From an uncultured virus (IMG/VR IMGVR_UViG_3300031525_000002) (Duplodnaviria; Heunggongvirae; Uroviricota; Caudoviricetes): 64,000 bases of DNA. A program made the translations under genes and the position numbers. A model generated the notes under the pieces. That model did not search any database, was not told the origin of the DNA, and saw only the letters and a list, made by a program, of their open reading frames with translations. Position 1 is the stretch's first letter. Each line of letters starts with the position of its first letter. This document shows, piece by piece, positions 49,241-58,197 of the stretch. Location: IMG/VR virus record IMGVR_UViG_3300031525_000002; one strand, given 5' to 3'.

Positions 49241-49723
49241 ATGAGTCGGTTCTTCAATGAGTCGGGAACCATCGTCGGCAAGGTGACGTACCAGCCCGCC
49301 ACGGTGGCGCCGCTCACCGTCGCCAACATTGACTCCCAGATCTTCCCCGGTCAGACGACACCCGGCAGTCATACAGGCGTCGTCATTGCGACGATCCCAC
49401 TGCCGGGAACGACCGGAGCCGATGCGACGCGCGGGCTCTTCACGCTGAACGTCGAGGTGGAGATGCAGTCCACGACGACAGCGGATGCCGCGTACTTCAA
49501 GATGTGTTGGTCTTGGAGCGTCGAGACCCCAGCGAATCCCATCGCGCTAGGCGCTCTCATCACGAGCCTCTCCACGGGGACGAACGCGGGCGCGCCCCCT
49601 GCGGGATGGAGCGCCACGATCCAACTCGACGGTCCGACGGAGAACGCCGAGGTGGCCGTCAACGGGGACCCTGCGCTCACGGTGAACGTGAAGATCCTCG
49701 CACAGTTCAGCTACACGAACTAG
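49241..49723 (+). CDS. Beta-rich hypothetical protein
   Basis: RBS-preceded ORF, Thr/Val-rich. Confidence 0.55.
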   Translation: MSRFFNESGTIVGKVTYQPATVAPLTVANIDSQIFPGQTTPGSHTGVVIATIPLPGTTGADATRGLFTLNVEVEMQSTTTADAAYFKMCWSWSVETPANPIALGALITSLSTGTNAGAPPAGWSATIQLDGPTENAEVAVNGDPALTVNVKILAQFSYTN

Positions 49724-49734
49724 GAGCCGCGCAC

Positions 49735-50442
49735 ATGTTGTACGGACTCGATGTCTCGGACGACCAGGGCGTTGTCGACTGGCCGAAGGTAGCCGCTGCT
49801 GGCTTCACCTTCGCCATCATCAAGAACGGGAACGGCAATACCGAGACCGATGGCAAGGATGCCGACGAGCGCTTCGACGCGAACGTCGCAGGCGCTCGAG
49901 CCGCCAGCCTATTCTTCGGCGCGTACAACTTCTGCTATGTAGGCCTCCCCAGCGGACCAAGCACGCCCGCGAACCGGAGTCCCGAGGACCAGGCGCAGCG
50001 GCACTGGGAGTCGTCCGGCGGGCTTGGCTCGAACCCAGGCGACCTCGTCACCTTCGCCGACTTCGAATGGCCTGAACTCGCCGACTGGGCGAAGTACGGG
50101 GTGACGGTCGCCGGCTGCCAAGACTGGATGCGCCGCTACTGCGCCAAGCTTGACGCGCTCACCGGGCGCACCACGGGCATCTACACCGACAGGTGGTGGT
50201 GGCTCGACGTCGTCCAAGGTGACGAACTCGCGGAGTTCGCCTCGCGCCCCTTCTGGCCAGCGCAACCAGTCGCCGCGCGACCCGTGGATGGCTCGGCGCC
50301 GAGGGTGTGGGCTCCCTTCACGTCTTGGCAGGTCTGGCAGCACTCGCAGTCGTCGATCATCCCCGGCATCGGGGACAAGGTCGACCTCGATGTCATCCCT
50401 GACGACGCCACCTTCGCGATGCTTACCGGGAGATCGCCATGA
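49735..50442 (+). CDS. GH25 lysozyme (endolysin)
   Basis: GLDVSDDQG.VDW, GAYNF, ADFE, IYT, WQHS, VDLD. Confidence 0.9.
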   Translation: MLYGLDVSDDQGVVDWPKVAAAGFTFAIIKNGNGNTETDGKDADERFDANVAGARAASLFFGAYNFCYVGLPSGPSTPANRSPEDQAQRHWESSGGLGSNPGDLVTFADFEWPELADWAKYGVTVAGCQDWMRRYCAKLDALTGRTTGIYTDRWWWLDVVQGDELAEFASRPFWPAQPVAARPVDGSAPRVWAPFTSWQVWQHSQSSIIPGIGDKVDLDVIPDDATFAMLTGRSP

Positions 50443-50797
50443 GCAGCATGAAGCCCCGCGTCGTCTGGCTCGAGCCATCTCGCGAGAATCCAATCGTCGT
50501 AGGGCTCGGCGCCTGCGCGCACTATCTCGCTCGCGAGGCCGCCATCGAATTGCGTCGCCAACTCAGCGAAGTCCTCGACGAGGAGTTGCCGACCCGCCGT
50601 GACACCCCTCTCGCCGTCGCGGCGGTCCGGGACACCGATCCAGCGCCCCGGACGACCTCAAGCGCCGGGTTCAAGGCGGTGAACGTCACGCGGCACTTCG
50701 AGGAAGTGAAGAAGGGAACGCCGCCGGATAGTCAAGGGAAACCGTAGGCGGCGAGATCCGCGCGTGACGCCCTCACGTGGCGGCGGTATGAATCGGC

Positions 50798-51364
50798 ATG
50801 AATACAGCCATACTGTATGCGCCGATCGCCAGGTACCTGCTTGCTGCGGCCCTATCGTGGTCACCCCTTGCAGCCCACGATTACACTAGGGTGGCCCGGG
50901 CGGACACGCAGGCCCGGTACGAGTCCATCGTGGCCGACCTCGAGACGGTCGCGCTCGACCCGTTCGAGGACCCCCTCTTCGAGGGACCCACCGGGCGAGC
51001 TCAGACCGCGCTCTTGATGCTCGCCATCGCCTCCTACGAGTCAGGCGGGTTCCGGGCCGACGTGGACCAGCAAGACCATCCTAGCGGGGATGGGGGGCAC
51101 GCGTGGTGCTTGGCGCAGCTGCACGACGAGGCCCCCTCCCACTACGCCAGGGGCCTCACCGACCGCGTCTCGTGCTTCCGGGGCATGCTCCATGCCCTGC
51201 GGGACTCATGGTCGATGTGCGTGACGGACGGCTGGGACCCCGCCTACCGGATCACTGGGTACACGGTCGGCCACTGCGAGCTCGACGAGCCGCAGGCCAA
51301 GCATCGCCTCGAGCGGGCGATGCGCTGGTGGGCAATGGCTCCGTGGCTGCCACCTGTTTCGTGA
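50798..51364 (+). CDS. Secreted lysozyme/SLT-fold-like protein
   Basis: Signal peptide; IASYESG and GD.G.AWCL.QL. Confidence 0.45.
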   Translation: MNTAILYAPIARYLLAAALSWSPLAAHDYTRVARADTQARYESIVADLETVALDPFEDPLFEGPTGRAQTALLMLAIASYESGGFRADVDQQDHPSGDGGHAWCLAQLHDEAPSHYARGLTDRVSCFRGMLHALRDSWSMCVTDGWDPAYRITGYTVGHCELDEPQAKHRLERAMRWWAMAPWLPPVS

Positions 51365-52601
51365 CGGGCGCGCGCCACTCATACCATCGGGTCTTCGACA
51401 CCTTGAACGAGAAGACCCCAGGAATCGCCGTGAACGCCTGAAGCCACCGATCAGCCGTCGGCACGCTGATGCGGAACTGGCGGACGAGCGTGTGACGGTT
51501 GTGACGCCCGCCGAGCATGAGGTCGCGTAACGCGCTCAGCAGGCCGCCGAACTGCTCGCGGCACGCGGTCACGGGCTTGACCCGTCTCACCCGTATCGCC
51601 TCGACGTGTCCGTGCCCGACGAGCCGAACATCGCGACCTACCGTCACGCTCGGGCCTGGGAAGTCCCTGGTGATCGTCGTCGCACGCCTCGTGTCACTCA
51701 TGGACCTTCCCAGGATTCGCATGCTTGTCGAAGCATTTCGGGCAGTGGAGCACATGCCTTCGCTCAGGAAGGTCTATGCGGCGCCACCCGAGAAGGAAGA
51801 CGACCGCCGCGTGCTCGTTCGTCGGCCTAAACACTCCAAAGTTCGTGCAGAGGTCGCAGCCGAAAGCGAGGTTACCCGCCTCGTCCACCTGAAACACTGC
51901 CATTTCCCCACGTGGGTCAGCCATAGGTCACCTCTTCTCTTCGTGCGTGCGAGCCACCAGGGTCGAGCGCGAATCTGGCCATGAGCAGGAACGCCGGTTG
52001 CGCTGCCTCTCTCCACGGCTCGACCCACTCGCCAGCCCGATGCAGGCGCTTCGCCATGGCCAGTACCTCCGCCTCGGTCGGTGGCGTGCTCGGGAGCACG
52101 TAGCGTTGCACGGTGAAGTGGTGCGAACCCGTCCTCGGTCGTCGCACGCCCCACCAGAACACCTTGCGACCGTCCTCGGCCAACGTCACCCATACTGCCT
52201 TCGGTGGCTTCACACGGATCGTCACGGGGTGACCCCACCCACCAACTTCGAGCTTGGCACGTGAAACTCGATCTCGTCGAGCAGCTTACGTCCGTCCTCA
52301 CCGAGGTCTACGCCGCTGTCCTCGAGCCGCTGGAGCAGTCGCCACGCGTCGCGAATGAGTTCCCACCGAGGGTCGCTGCCCGTAGTGCCAGTGACACGTA
52401 CGAGGTCGGTCTTCGCCTCTTGAAGGCGTCGCACGCAGTCGTTCCAGTGCCTCTTCGCGGCGTGGAACCGCGGCCAGTACGTGGTACGCCCGTTCGGGTC
52501 GGATGATCCTCGCACGGCTGTCAGCGCGTCCTGCGCCTCGCGTACGGCATGCTTGCGTTCGTCGACGATGGCCTTCAGTTCGGCCACACGATCCATTCCG
52601 C

Positions 52602-52892
52602 TCATTTCGGTTTCTCCACTCCGCCGCACTTCGATGGCGGCCACCACGGGTCCGGTGCGAACGGGTCTACGGGCGGCGTCGGCTCCACGTCCTTCGAGCC
52701 CTTCTCGTGATTGCACGGCCAGCACGCGAGCGCGAAGTTGTCGGGCGCGTTCTTCCCGCCCTTCGCGAGCGGCTTGCGGTGGTCGACCGTCGCAAGCTTG
52801 AGGGTCAGCGGCTTTCGGCAGTAGGCGCACCGCCGGATGCCCTTGCGACGGAACTGGTCCCGTTTCCATTCAGCCGCAAGCATATTGGTCAT
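52602..52892 (-). CDS. HNH endonuclease
   Basis: CAYC..TVDHRKPLAKGG.N..DN..LACWPCN..KG. Confidence 0.9.
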   Translation of the reverse strand: MTNMLAAEWKRDQFRRKGIRRCAYCRKPLTLKLATVDHRKPLAKGGKNAPDNFALACWPCNHEKGSKDVEPTPPVDPFAPDPWWPPSKCGGVEKPK

Positions 52893-52906
52893 GGTATAAG
52901 CGCCCC

Positions 52907-53563
52907 ATGAAGACGATCCTCGTCGTGACGCTCCTCGCGATGGTGTCCTGCAGCAAGCCCGTCGCGCCGCCCGCCCCCGTGACGATCACCGCGACATCGG
53001 CCATCGAGGTCGAGAACCGGACCGCCGAGCCGACCAAGGTTTCCGTCGCCTTCGGTGCGAACTCCGTCGTCCTGCCGGCGGCGTGGAAGGCGTTCTGCAC
53101 GGAGACCGCCAAGCTCAACTGCTCCTTCGACCTCGCGGCGCACGCCACGCAGTCGCTGCCGACCGGTGGCAGTTACCTCAACGCCACCCTCGCCTTCGAC
53201 GACAAGGTCGGCTGCGGCTCGACGAAGGCCGAGCTCAACGTCAACAACCCCAAATGGTATGACATCGTCGACATCTCCCTGGTCGACGGCTTCTCGAGCG
53301 GCCTCAGCATCGATGTGCTCGACCCCGAGGCGGGCAAGGCGATGCTTGGCCCGGTCGTCAGCAAGACGGGCAACGAGAAGGCGTTCGGCGTCTACCCGCT
53401 CGGCTGCGACATCTGCGTCGCCCGGCAGAAGCCGTCGTGCGGCATGGCGCCCGGCAAGGATGGCTGCAAGACGGGGGCGCAGAACAACCCTGACGTGCCG
53501 TGCCAGTGGCAAGGCACTGTCATGGGCGGCGGGGCAACCACGATTCGGATCGCGCGGCTGTAG
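52907..53563 (+). CDS. Thaumatin-like lipoprotein
   Basis: Lipobox MVSC; TKAELN..YDIVDISLVDGFS resembles the thaumatin AEF..YD.SLVDG.N signature. Confidence 0.6.
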   Translation: MKTILVVTLLAMVSCSKPVAPPAPVTITATSAIEVENRTAEPTKVSVAFGANSVVLPAAWKAFCTETAKLNCSFDLAAHATQSLPTGGSYLNATLAFDDKVGCGSTKAELNVNNPKWYDIVDISLVDGFSSGLSIDVLDPEAGKAMLGPVVSKTGNEKAFGVYPLGCDICVARQKPSCGMAPGKDGCKTGAQNNPDVPCQWQGTVMGGGATTIRIARL

Positions 53564-54088
53564 CACGGTCAGCCTCCGTAGTCGGTTCATCGTCATCGCT
53601 TGCGCCACGTCCAGAAATTCAACGTCAAGGCAGGGACCCGAAGCTCGGGCAGTATGAGCCACCGAAGGACCGCCACCCAGAATCGAAGCCATCGACGCTT
53701 CCGACGACTTGGCCATGGCACCCGAGGTGCTAGCGGTCGCTCCCCTTTCTCACGGTACGGCTGGTTCACGTTGGCCTTCCTCCATTCGGGCGCAACGGAT
53801 GGGAGTCTACTTGCCGGACGCCGCACGATTGCGGCGCTTGGTCGAAACCTGCTCGCGCTCCTTCACACACGCAGGGCAGTAGTCCTTGTCGTCGTTCTCC
53901 CACCCATTGTCCTGAGACAGATCGATGACCTCGTCCGCGTTGTCATAGGCGGCCACCGGCCCCTGACGACCGCACGCGTCGCAGTACATGACGGTGCCCA
54001 TCACCGTGATCGTTTCGTGCTTGATGCTCATCGAGAAACCTCCGGGCGCACGGACGGGAGTGTCATTGCGAGCAGGCGGTGCAGGTCG

Positions 54089-55105
54089 TCACTTGGGCGC
54101 CGCCCCCTTCTTCGCCCCCGTCCCCGCCGGCCACGGCAGCCGCTCCCGGTTCTTCTTGAGCGCGGCGACCATCTCGTCACGCCCGTCCTTCACGCCGTTC
54201 GCCTTCTTCGCGATCTCCTCGAGCGCCAAGCGCGTCTCCGCCTTGTCGAAGAGCACGACGTACTCGGCGGCGGTCATGAGCTTCTCCTCGGCCGGCGGCG
54301 TCGGGTCGGGCGGGCCGTCGTCCCAGAATTCGGCGTCAGGTATCTCGGGCGACGGTTTGCCGGCGGCCTTGGCGTTCGCCTCCACGTCCTCCATGTCGGG
54401 CGCGAATATGTCGGCGCTGCGCGTGACGCTTATCGTCGCCCCGACCAAGGCGCGCTTGCACGCCATGCGCTCGAGCGTGTTCACGGCGTCGTAGATTTCG
54501 GGGTTTGGCGCGAAGTACACCGTCTCCTCGAGGCCGAAGACCGTGTACGGCTTGTTGGTCTTCTTGCTCGTGCGCTCCAGCGTTTGCAGACCCTCATGAG
54601 AGATCCCTCGGTCTCGCAGTTCGGAAGCGAACACCCAACGCATGCCCGTCTTCGACCGGAGCCGGTCGAGGTCGACATCGTTGGGCACCTCCGCCTTGGG
54701 CACCCAGCGGCCGGCATACTTGCTCTCGCGGCTGTTGCTCGAGGCGCTCGCCTCGCCCACGCACCGGTCACCTCGGTAGAGGCGGCACGTCACATGATAA
54801 ATAAACAGCGGCTTGTCCCAGTCTTCCTGCCGAGTCACCTCGTACCGCGGGACGAGCCCGTAAATCTCGCAGAGCTTCTCGGCCCCCGGCTTGAGCAGGG
54901 TCTTTTTGTTCGTGCCGGGAATCAGCCCGTAGTCGTGGTCGAGCCCTTCGACCATCACCTCGCTGACGAACTGCTGCAGCGCCTTGAGGCGCGTCTTCGC
55001 CTCCGCGATGGTCGATGTCATCTCGAGTGCAAGCTCCATCGGGGCTCGCATCATCGACGTGCTGCCGTTCTCTTTTGCTGCTGCCGTCTCTTTCATGATC
55101 GTCAT
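54089..55105 (-). CDS. Putative single-strand annealing recombinase
   Basis: DYGLIPGT.K.TLLKPGAEKL and NTLERMACKRALVGA..DIF..DMED. Confidence 0.55.
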   Translation of the reverse strand: MTIMKETAAAKENGSTSMMRAPMELALEMTSTIAEAKTRLKALQQFVSEVMVEGLDHDYGLIPGTNKKTLLKPGAEKLCEIYGLVPRYEVTRQEDWDKPLFIYHVTCRLYRGDRCVGEASASSNSRESKYAGRWVPKAEVPNDVDLDRLRSKTGMRWVFASELRDRGISHEGLQTLERTSKKTNKPYTVFGLEETVYFAPNPEIYDAVNTLERMACKRALVGATISVTRSADIFAPDMEDVEANAKAAGKPSPEIPDAEFWDDGPPDPTPPAEEKLMTAAEYVVLFDKAETRLALEEIAKKANGVKDGRDEMVAALKKNRERLPWPAGTGAKKGAAPK

Positions 55106-56033
55106 CCTCCGTCCAACGTGGTCTTCCCGTCGGCCGACACTTCGAAGTGACGGGCCGTCACGATCTTCTCCCAGGTGTCCAGCGCGAGGTCCTCGATCTC
55201 CTTGTCGGTCATCGACCGCTTCTCGAGACCATCGCGCAGCGGCGCGGTCATTGTCCGGGTACCGAGGCGACGCGCGCCCATCGCCATGCCGATGTCGTGG
55301 AGCACATCCAACGCTTTTCGCAGGTCTGACCCGACGCTCATCGCACCCTCACACGTCCGCTGCCCTCGCAGCCGTCACATTCTTGCAGCCACTGCTCTCC
55401 GCAGATGTCGGGTTCGCTGTAGACCGAGCCCTTCCCCTCGCAGAGCATGCAGGTTGGTCCGGTACGACGCTCGCGCTCCGACAGCAAGCCCTGCGCAGCT
55501 CGGCGGAGCTTGCCCCCGTCACGGAGGAAGCCTGTCGCTGTCGCCTCTTGGGCGGCCTTGTGCAGGTCGTCCGGCGAGCGCTGGGGGGCGAGTCGGCCTG
55601 CCTTCCGGAGGCGCGCGAGACGCTCACTGGGCATGATGAGGCGTCGGGCCATCACTTGGCGGCCGCCTGTCGCTTGCAGTAATCGCAGTCGCAGTCGGGT
55701 GCTGGTCCCTGTCGACGACCCCACGCCTCGATGGCGGGCGACCACGTCCCGTGGACGCTCAGCCACTTGTGCTTGAAGTAGGTGAACCGCTCCTCCTCGG
55801 TCCATCGGTTCGACGTGTGCCACACGAATGGCGTCCCGCACGATGGGTTGTGGCACGCGAACCCGTAGCCTTCGATGGGATCACCGCAGTCCGCCTTGCA
55901 CATCCGTTGACATCGCGGGCACGCCTCTTCGGGGAAGGCCGCGTACGTCGCGGCGGAGCGTGCGCAGGCAGCGGCGTAGTCGCCATCGCTCATAGGACCG
56001 TCCTCATCTTCCTCTCCTTCGCGGCCATTCGTT

Positions 56034-56231
56034 CCTCCAACCAGCACCTCACGTTCCGCCTCCCGGTCACCGTCCGCGTCTCCACGGAAGAGATCGTTGG
56101 GCCCGCAGCGTGATGCCCGCGGAACCTATCCTCCAACCAACACCTCAACTCCTGCCTCCCGCCACCCCTGGGCGCATCGGCATCATCTGGCACTACCTCC
56201 AACCAACACCTCAACTCCTGCCTCCCGCCAC
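56034..56231 (-). CRISPR. Mini CRISPR array: two identical 36-bp repeats and one degenerate repeat
   Basis: GTGGCGGGAGGCAGGAGTTGAGGTGTTGGTTGGAGG at 56231..56196 and 56165..56130; degenerate copy at 56070..56034; spacers of 30 and 59 bp; adjacent to cas1. Confidence 0.85.
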
Positions 56232-56572
56232 CGAGAAGGTACGGCAGAAGTCCGCTGCCACAAGCTATTATTCAGCGTCCTCGATGCGTCTGCTTGGGCT
56301 GCTGCGATGCGCGTCTGAGCATGGTGCCCAACTACCGGCATCGACCAGACCACGGGCAGGTACCCGCGTCCGCAGATAACGACGACAGCGCCTCTCTCAG
56401 CCAGCGCTACCGCAACCTCGCTTGTGTATGTGCAGCCACGAGCCGTCACAATGACCGCTTGAATGTCATCGAGCGGGATGTGACCGAGTTCCTTGTCGGC
56501 CGCGCGTACGACCATGAAGCCGGCGTCGACGCTCAGCGAACGCCCATGCTCCGCGATCTCTACGACGTGCAT
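56183..56572 (-). pseudogene. cas1: Truncated Cas1 (N-terminal domain only, type II-C-like)
   Basis: VEIAEHGRSLSV..GFMVV..IPLDDI.AVI..G.TYT..ALAERG..VICG..LP..GHH.Q..AQ..LWQ; similarity ends near 56252 and the frame runs into the array. Confidence 0.85.
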
Positions 56573-58197
56573 GGTTTCCCCGGCTGCCTTCCGAGTTCTC
56601 GCCTGAGACCGTTCCATGCGACGATCTGGTCCGTCCCACGCGTGAACCCGCACTTCTCACACGTCCACGTCGGCGCCATCTGGCGCTCGGCGTGCACGTG
56701 CTTGCAATCGGGGCACCCGCGCGCGTCCCAGTGTGCGTCGAACTGCGCAAGCTCGACGGATGCAGTCGCGGCGGTGGCATCGCGCGTGGCACGCCCCTTG
56801 TCGTCCACGTAGATCTTCGCGCAGGCTTGCTTGATTCGGTCAAGCATCTTGGCGAACGGCCACTGCCTGAGCAAGGCCTGCACCACGTCCGGCACGTCGT
56901 CACCCATCTCCTTCGGGTTCATCTTCGCCACGAGGAGCTTGCTCACGCCACGGTTCACGCATTCGTTGGCAATCGACCTCGCCCAGACCTTGCACCGCGT
57001 ATCGACGAACCGGTCCTCGGCATCATCGATCTTCCTAAGCGCTGCAAACCGACGTCGTTTGCCTCGACCCCTGGCCCCGTCGCCGGCCTCCATCTGTCCC
57101 ATGTGTTCCCCGATGGAGACCTTACGCGCCTTCAGGCGCCTCTTGAATGCCACCACGTCGCCGCCATCAATCGTTCGGATGGACCCGTCAGCGAACACCA
57201 AGACGAGAGCGCTCCACACGCCTCGACGGAGCGCAGCGGTCGTGCCGACCAGTGGTCGCGACATCTTCCGCGTGAGGCGAATCGTCAGCTTCGCAAACCA
57301 CTGCTTCTTCCGCTCGGAATAGACGACCCGCGCGTCACATAGTTTCACGTCCTTCTCGCCCAGCATCCGCTTGGCGTACGCGTGCATGCTGGGTCCGTCA
57401 GGGATAACCGTGAATCCGCTCCGCGTGACCTTCTTGCCATCGGTGTCGAGTTCGAGCGTAAGGTTGTAGCGGCCCTTCGCATCGCCTCGGTCGAAAATCC
57501 AACTGCCATCACGCCACCGGATCGGCTGCCCAGCTCGGTAGGTGTCGTTGGATCGGTCACCTCGGAACGCTTCTTTCTTGTAGATCGCGTACCGCGACGC
57601 CGTGTAGCGCACCGCCGAGTCGTAGACCGATGATGGCATGCTGTTGGTCGCCTTGATGCGCAGGCTCGCGCATCGCTTCTGTGCGAACGTGAGACGCTTG
57701 CTCAACGTCACGGCCTCCTCCGTGCGCTCCTTCGAGCGGGCTCGGCCGAGGTCGACGCGAATCTTCTCGACCTCCGCCTCCGCCTTCGGCACCTGTTTCG
57801 ACCAGTAGTCGCGCTCGCGCTCGAGGAGCGCCTTGACCGCATCGGTCACAGGACCGCGTGCCAGCGTTTCCTTCTCCGGGTTTGTCTTCGACGCCACCTT
57901 GTCGGCGCGGTGCCACTCGCTAATGGCCGTATTGAGGACGCGGTGCATGCAGTCGCGCATCGCCCAAAGCCGATCGAACTTCTCTTGGTCGCCATCGTAG
58001 ATGACGGAGAACTGTACGACGACCGTGTCCTTGGTCTCGTCGCTCTCGGCACCGCCAGTCGCGCCGCCACCCGCCGGTTGCCCGGATTGAGGTGTTGGCT
58101 GCGGATTGGTTACCGCCTGCTTGGTGAGCGCTCGCTCATCCTTTAGGACCTGGAGCGGCCCTACAGTGACGGCGCGGCTGTCGGTGTCGAGTTTCAC
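56560..58197 (-). CDS. Cas12f/TnpB-like type V effector with degenerate RuvC
   Basis: RG.RS..TYR.GQPI, WFAKL, RGRGKRRR..E.RF, QWPF, CPDC..CEKCG..D..AWN; RuvC-I reads AALRRG and RuvC-II reads LLVAKM. Confidence 0.8.
   Translation of the reverse strand: MKLDTDSRAVTVGPLQVLKDERALTKQAVTNPQPTPQSGQPAGGGATGGAESDETKDTVVVQFSVIYDGDQEKFDRLWAMRDCMHRVLNTAISEWHRADKVASKTNPEKETLARGPVTDAVKALLERERDYWSKQVPKAEAEVEKIRVDLGRARSKERTEEAVTLSKRLTFAQKRCASLRIKATNSMPSSVYDSAVRYTASRYAIYKKEAFRGDRSNDTYRAGQPIRWRDGSWIFDRGDAKGRYNLTLELDTDGKKVTRSGFTVIPDGPSMHAYAKRMLGEKDVKLCDARVVYSERKKQWFAKLTIRLTRKMSRPLVGTTAALRRGVWSALVLVFADGSIRTIDGGDVVAFKRRLKARKVSIGEHMGQMEAGDGARGRGKRRRFAALRKIDDAEDRFVDTRCKVWARSIANECVNRGVSKLLVAKMNPKEMGDDVPDVVQALLRQWPFAKMLDRIKQACAKIYVDDKGRATRDATAATASVELAQFDAHWDARGCPDCKHVHAERQMAPTWTCEKCGFTRGTDQIVAWNGLRRELGRQPGKPCTS
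58072..58190 (-). ncRNA. Candidate tracrRNA overlapping the effector 5' end
   Basis: Anti-repeat CAGCCAACACCTCAATCC at 58101..58084; CTCCA at 58155..58151; hairpins including CCGG-GCAA-CCGG; boundaries approximate. Confidence 0.5.

Noticed and set aside
57440..58193. 13-bp repeat tcggtgtcgagtt at 57440 and 58181
   Set aside because: Both copies encode LDTD in frame; a single short match with no further support
56560..58197. Ordinary IS200/IS605 TnpB or a Cas12k CAST
   Set aside because: No tnpA or tnsB/tnsC/tniQ recognised; the gene is instead linked to cas1, an array and an anti-repeat
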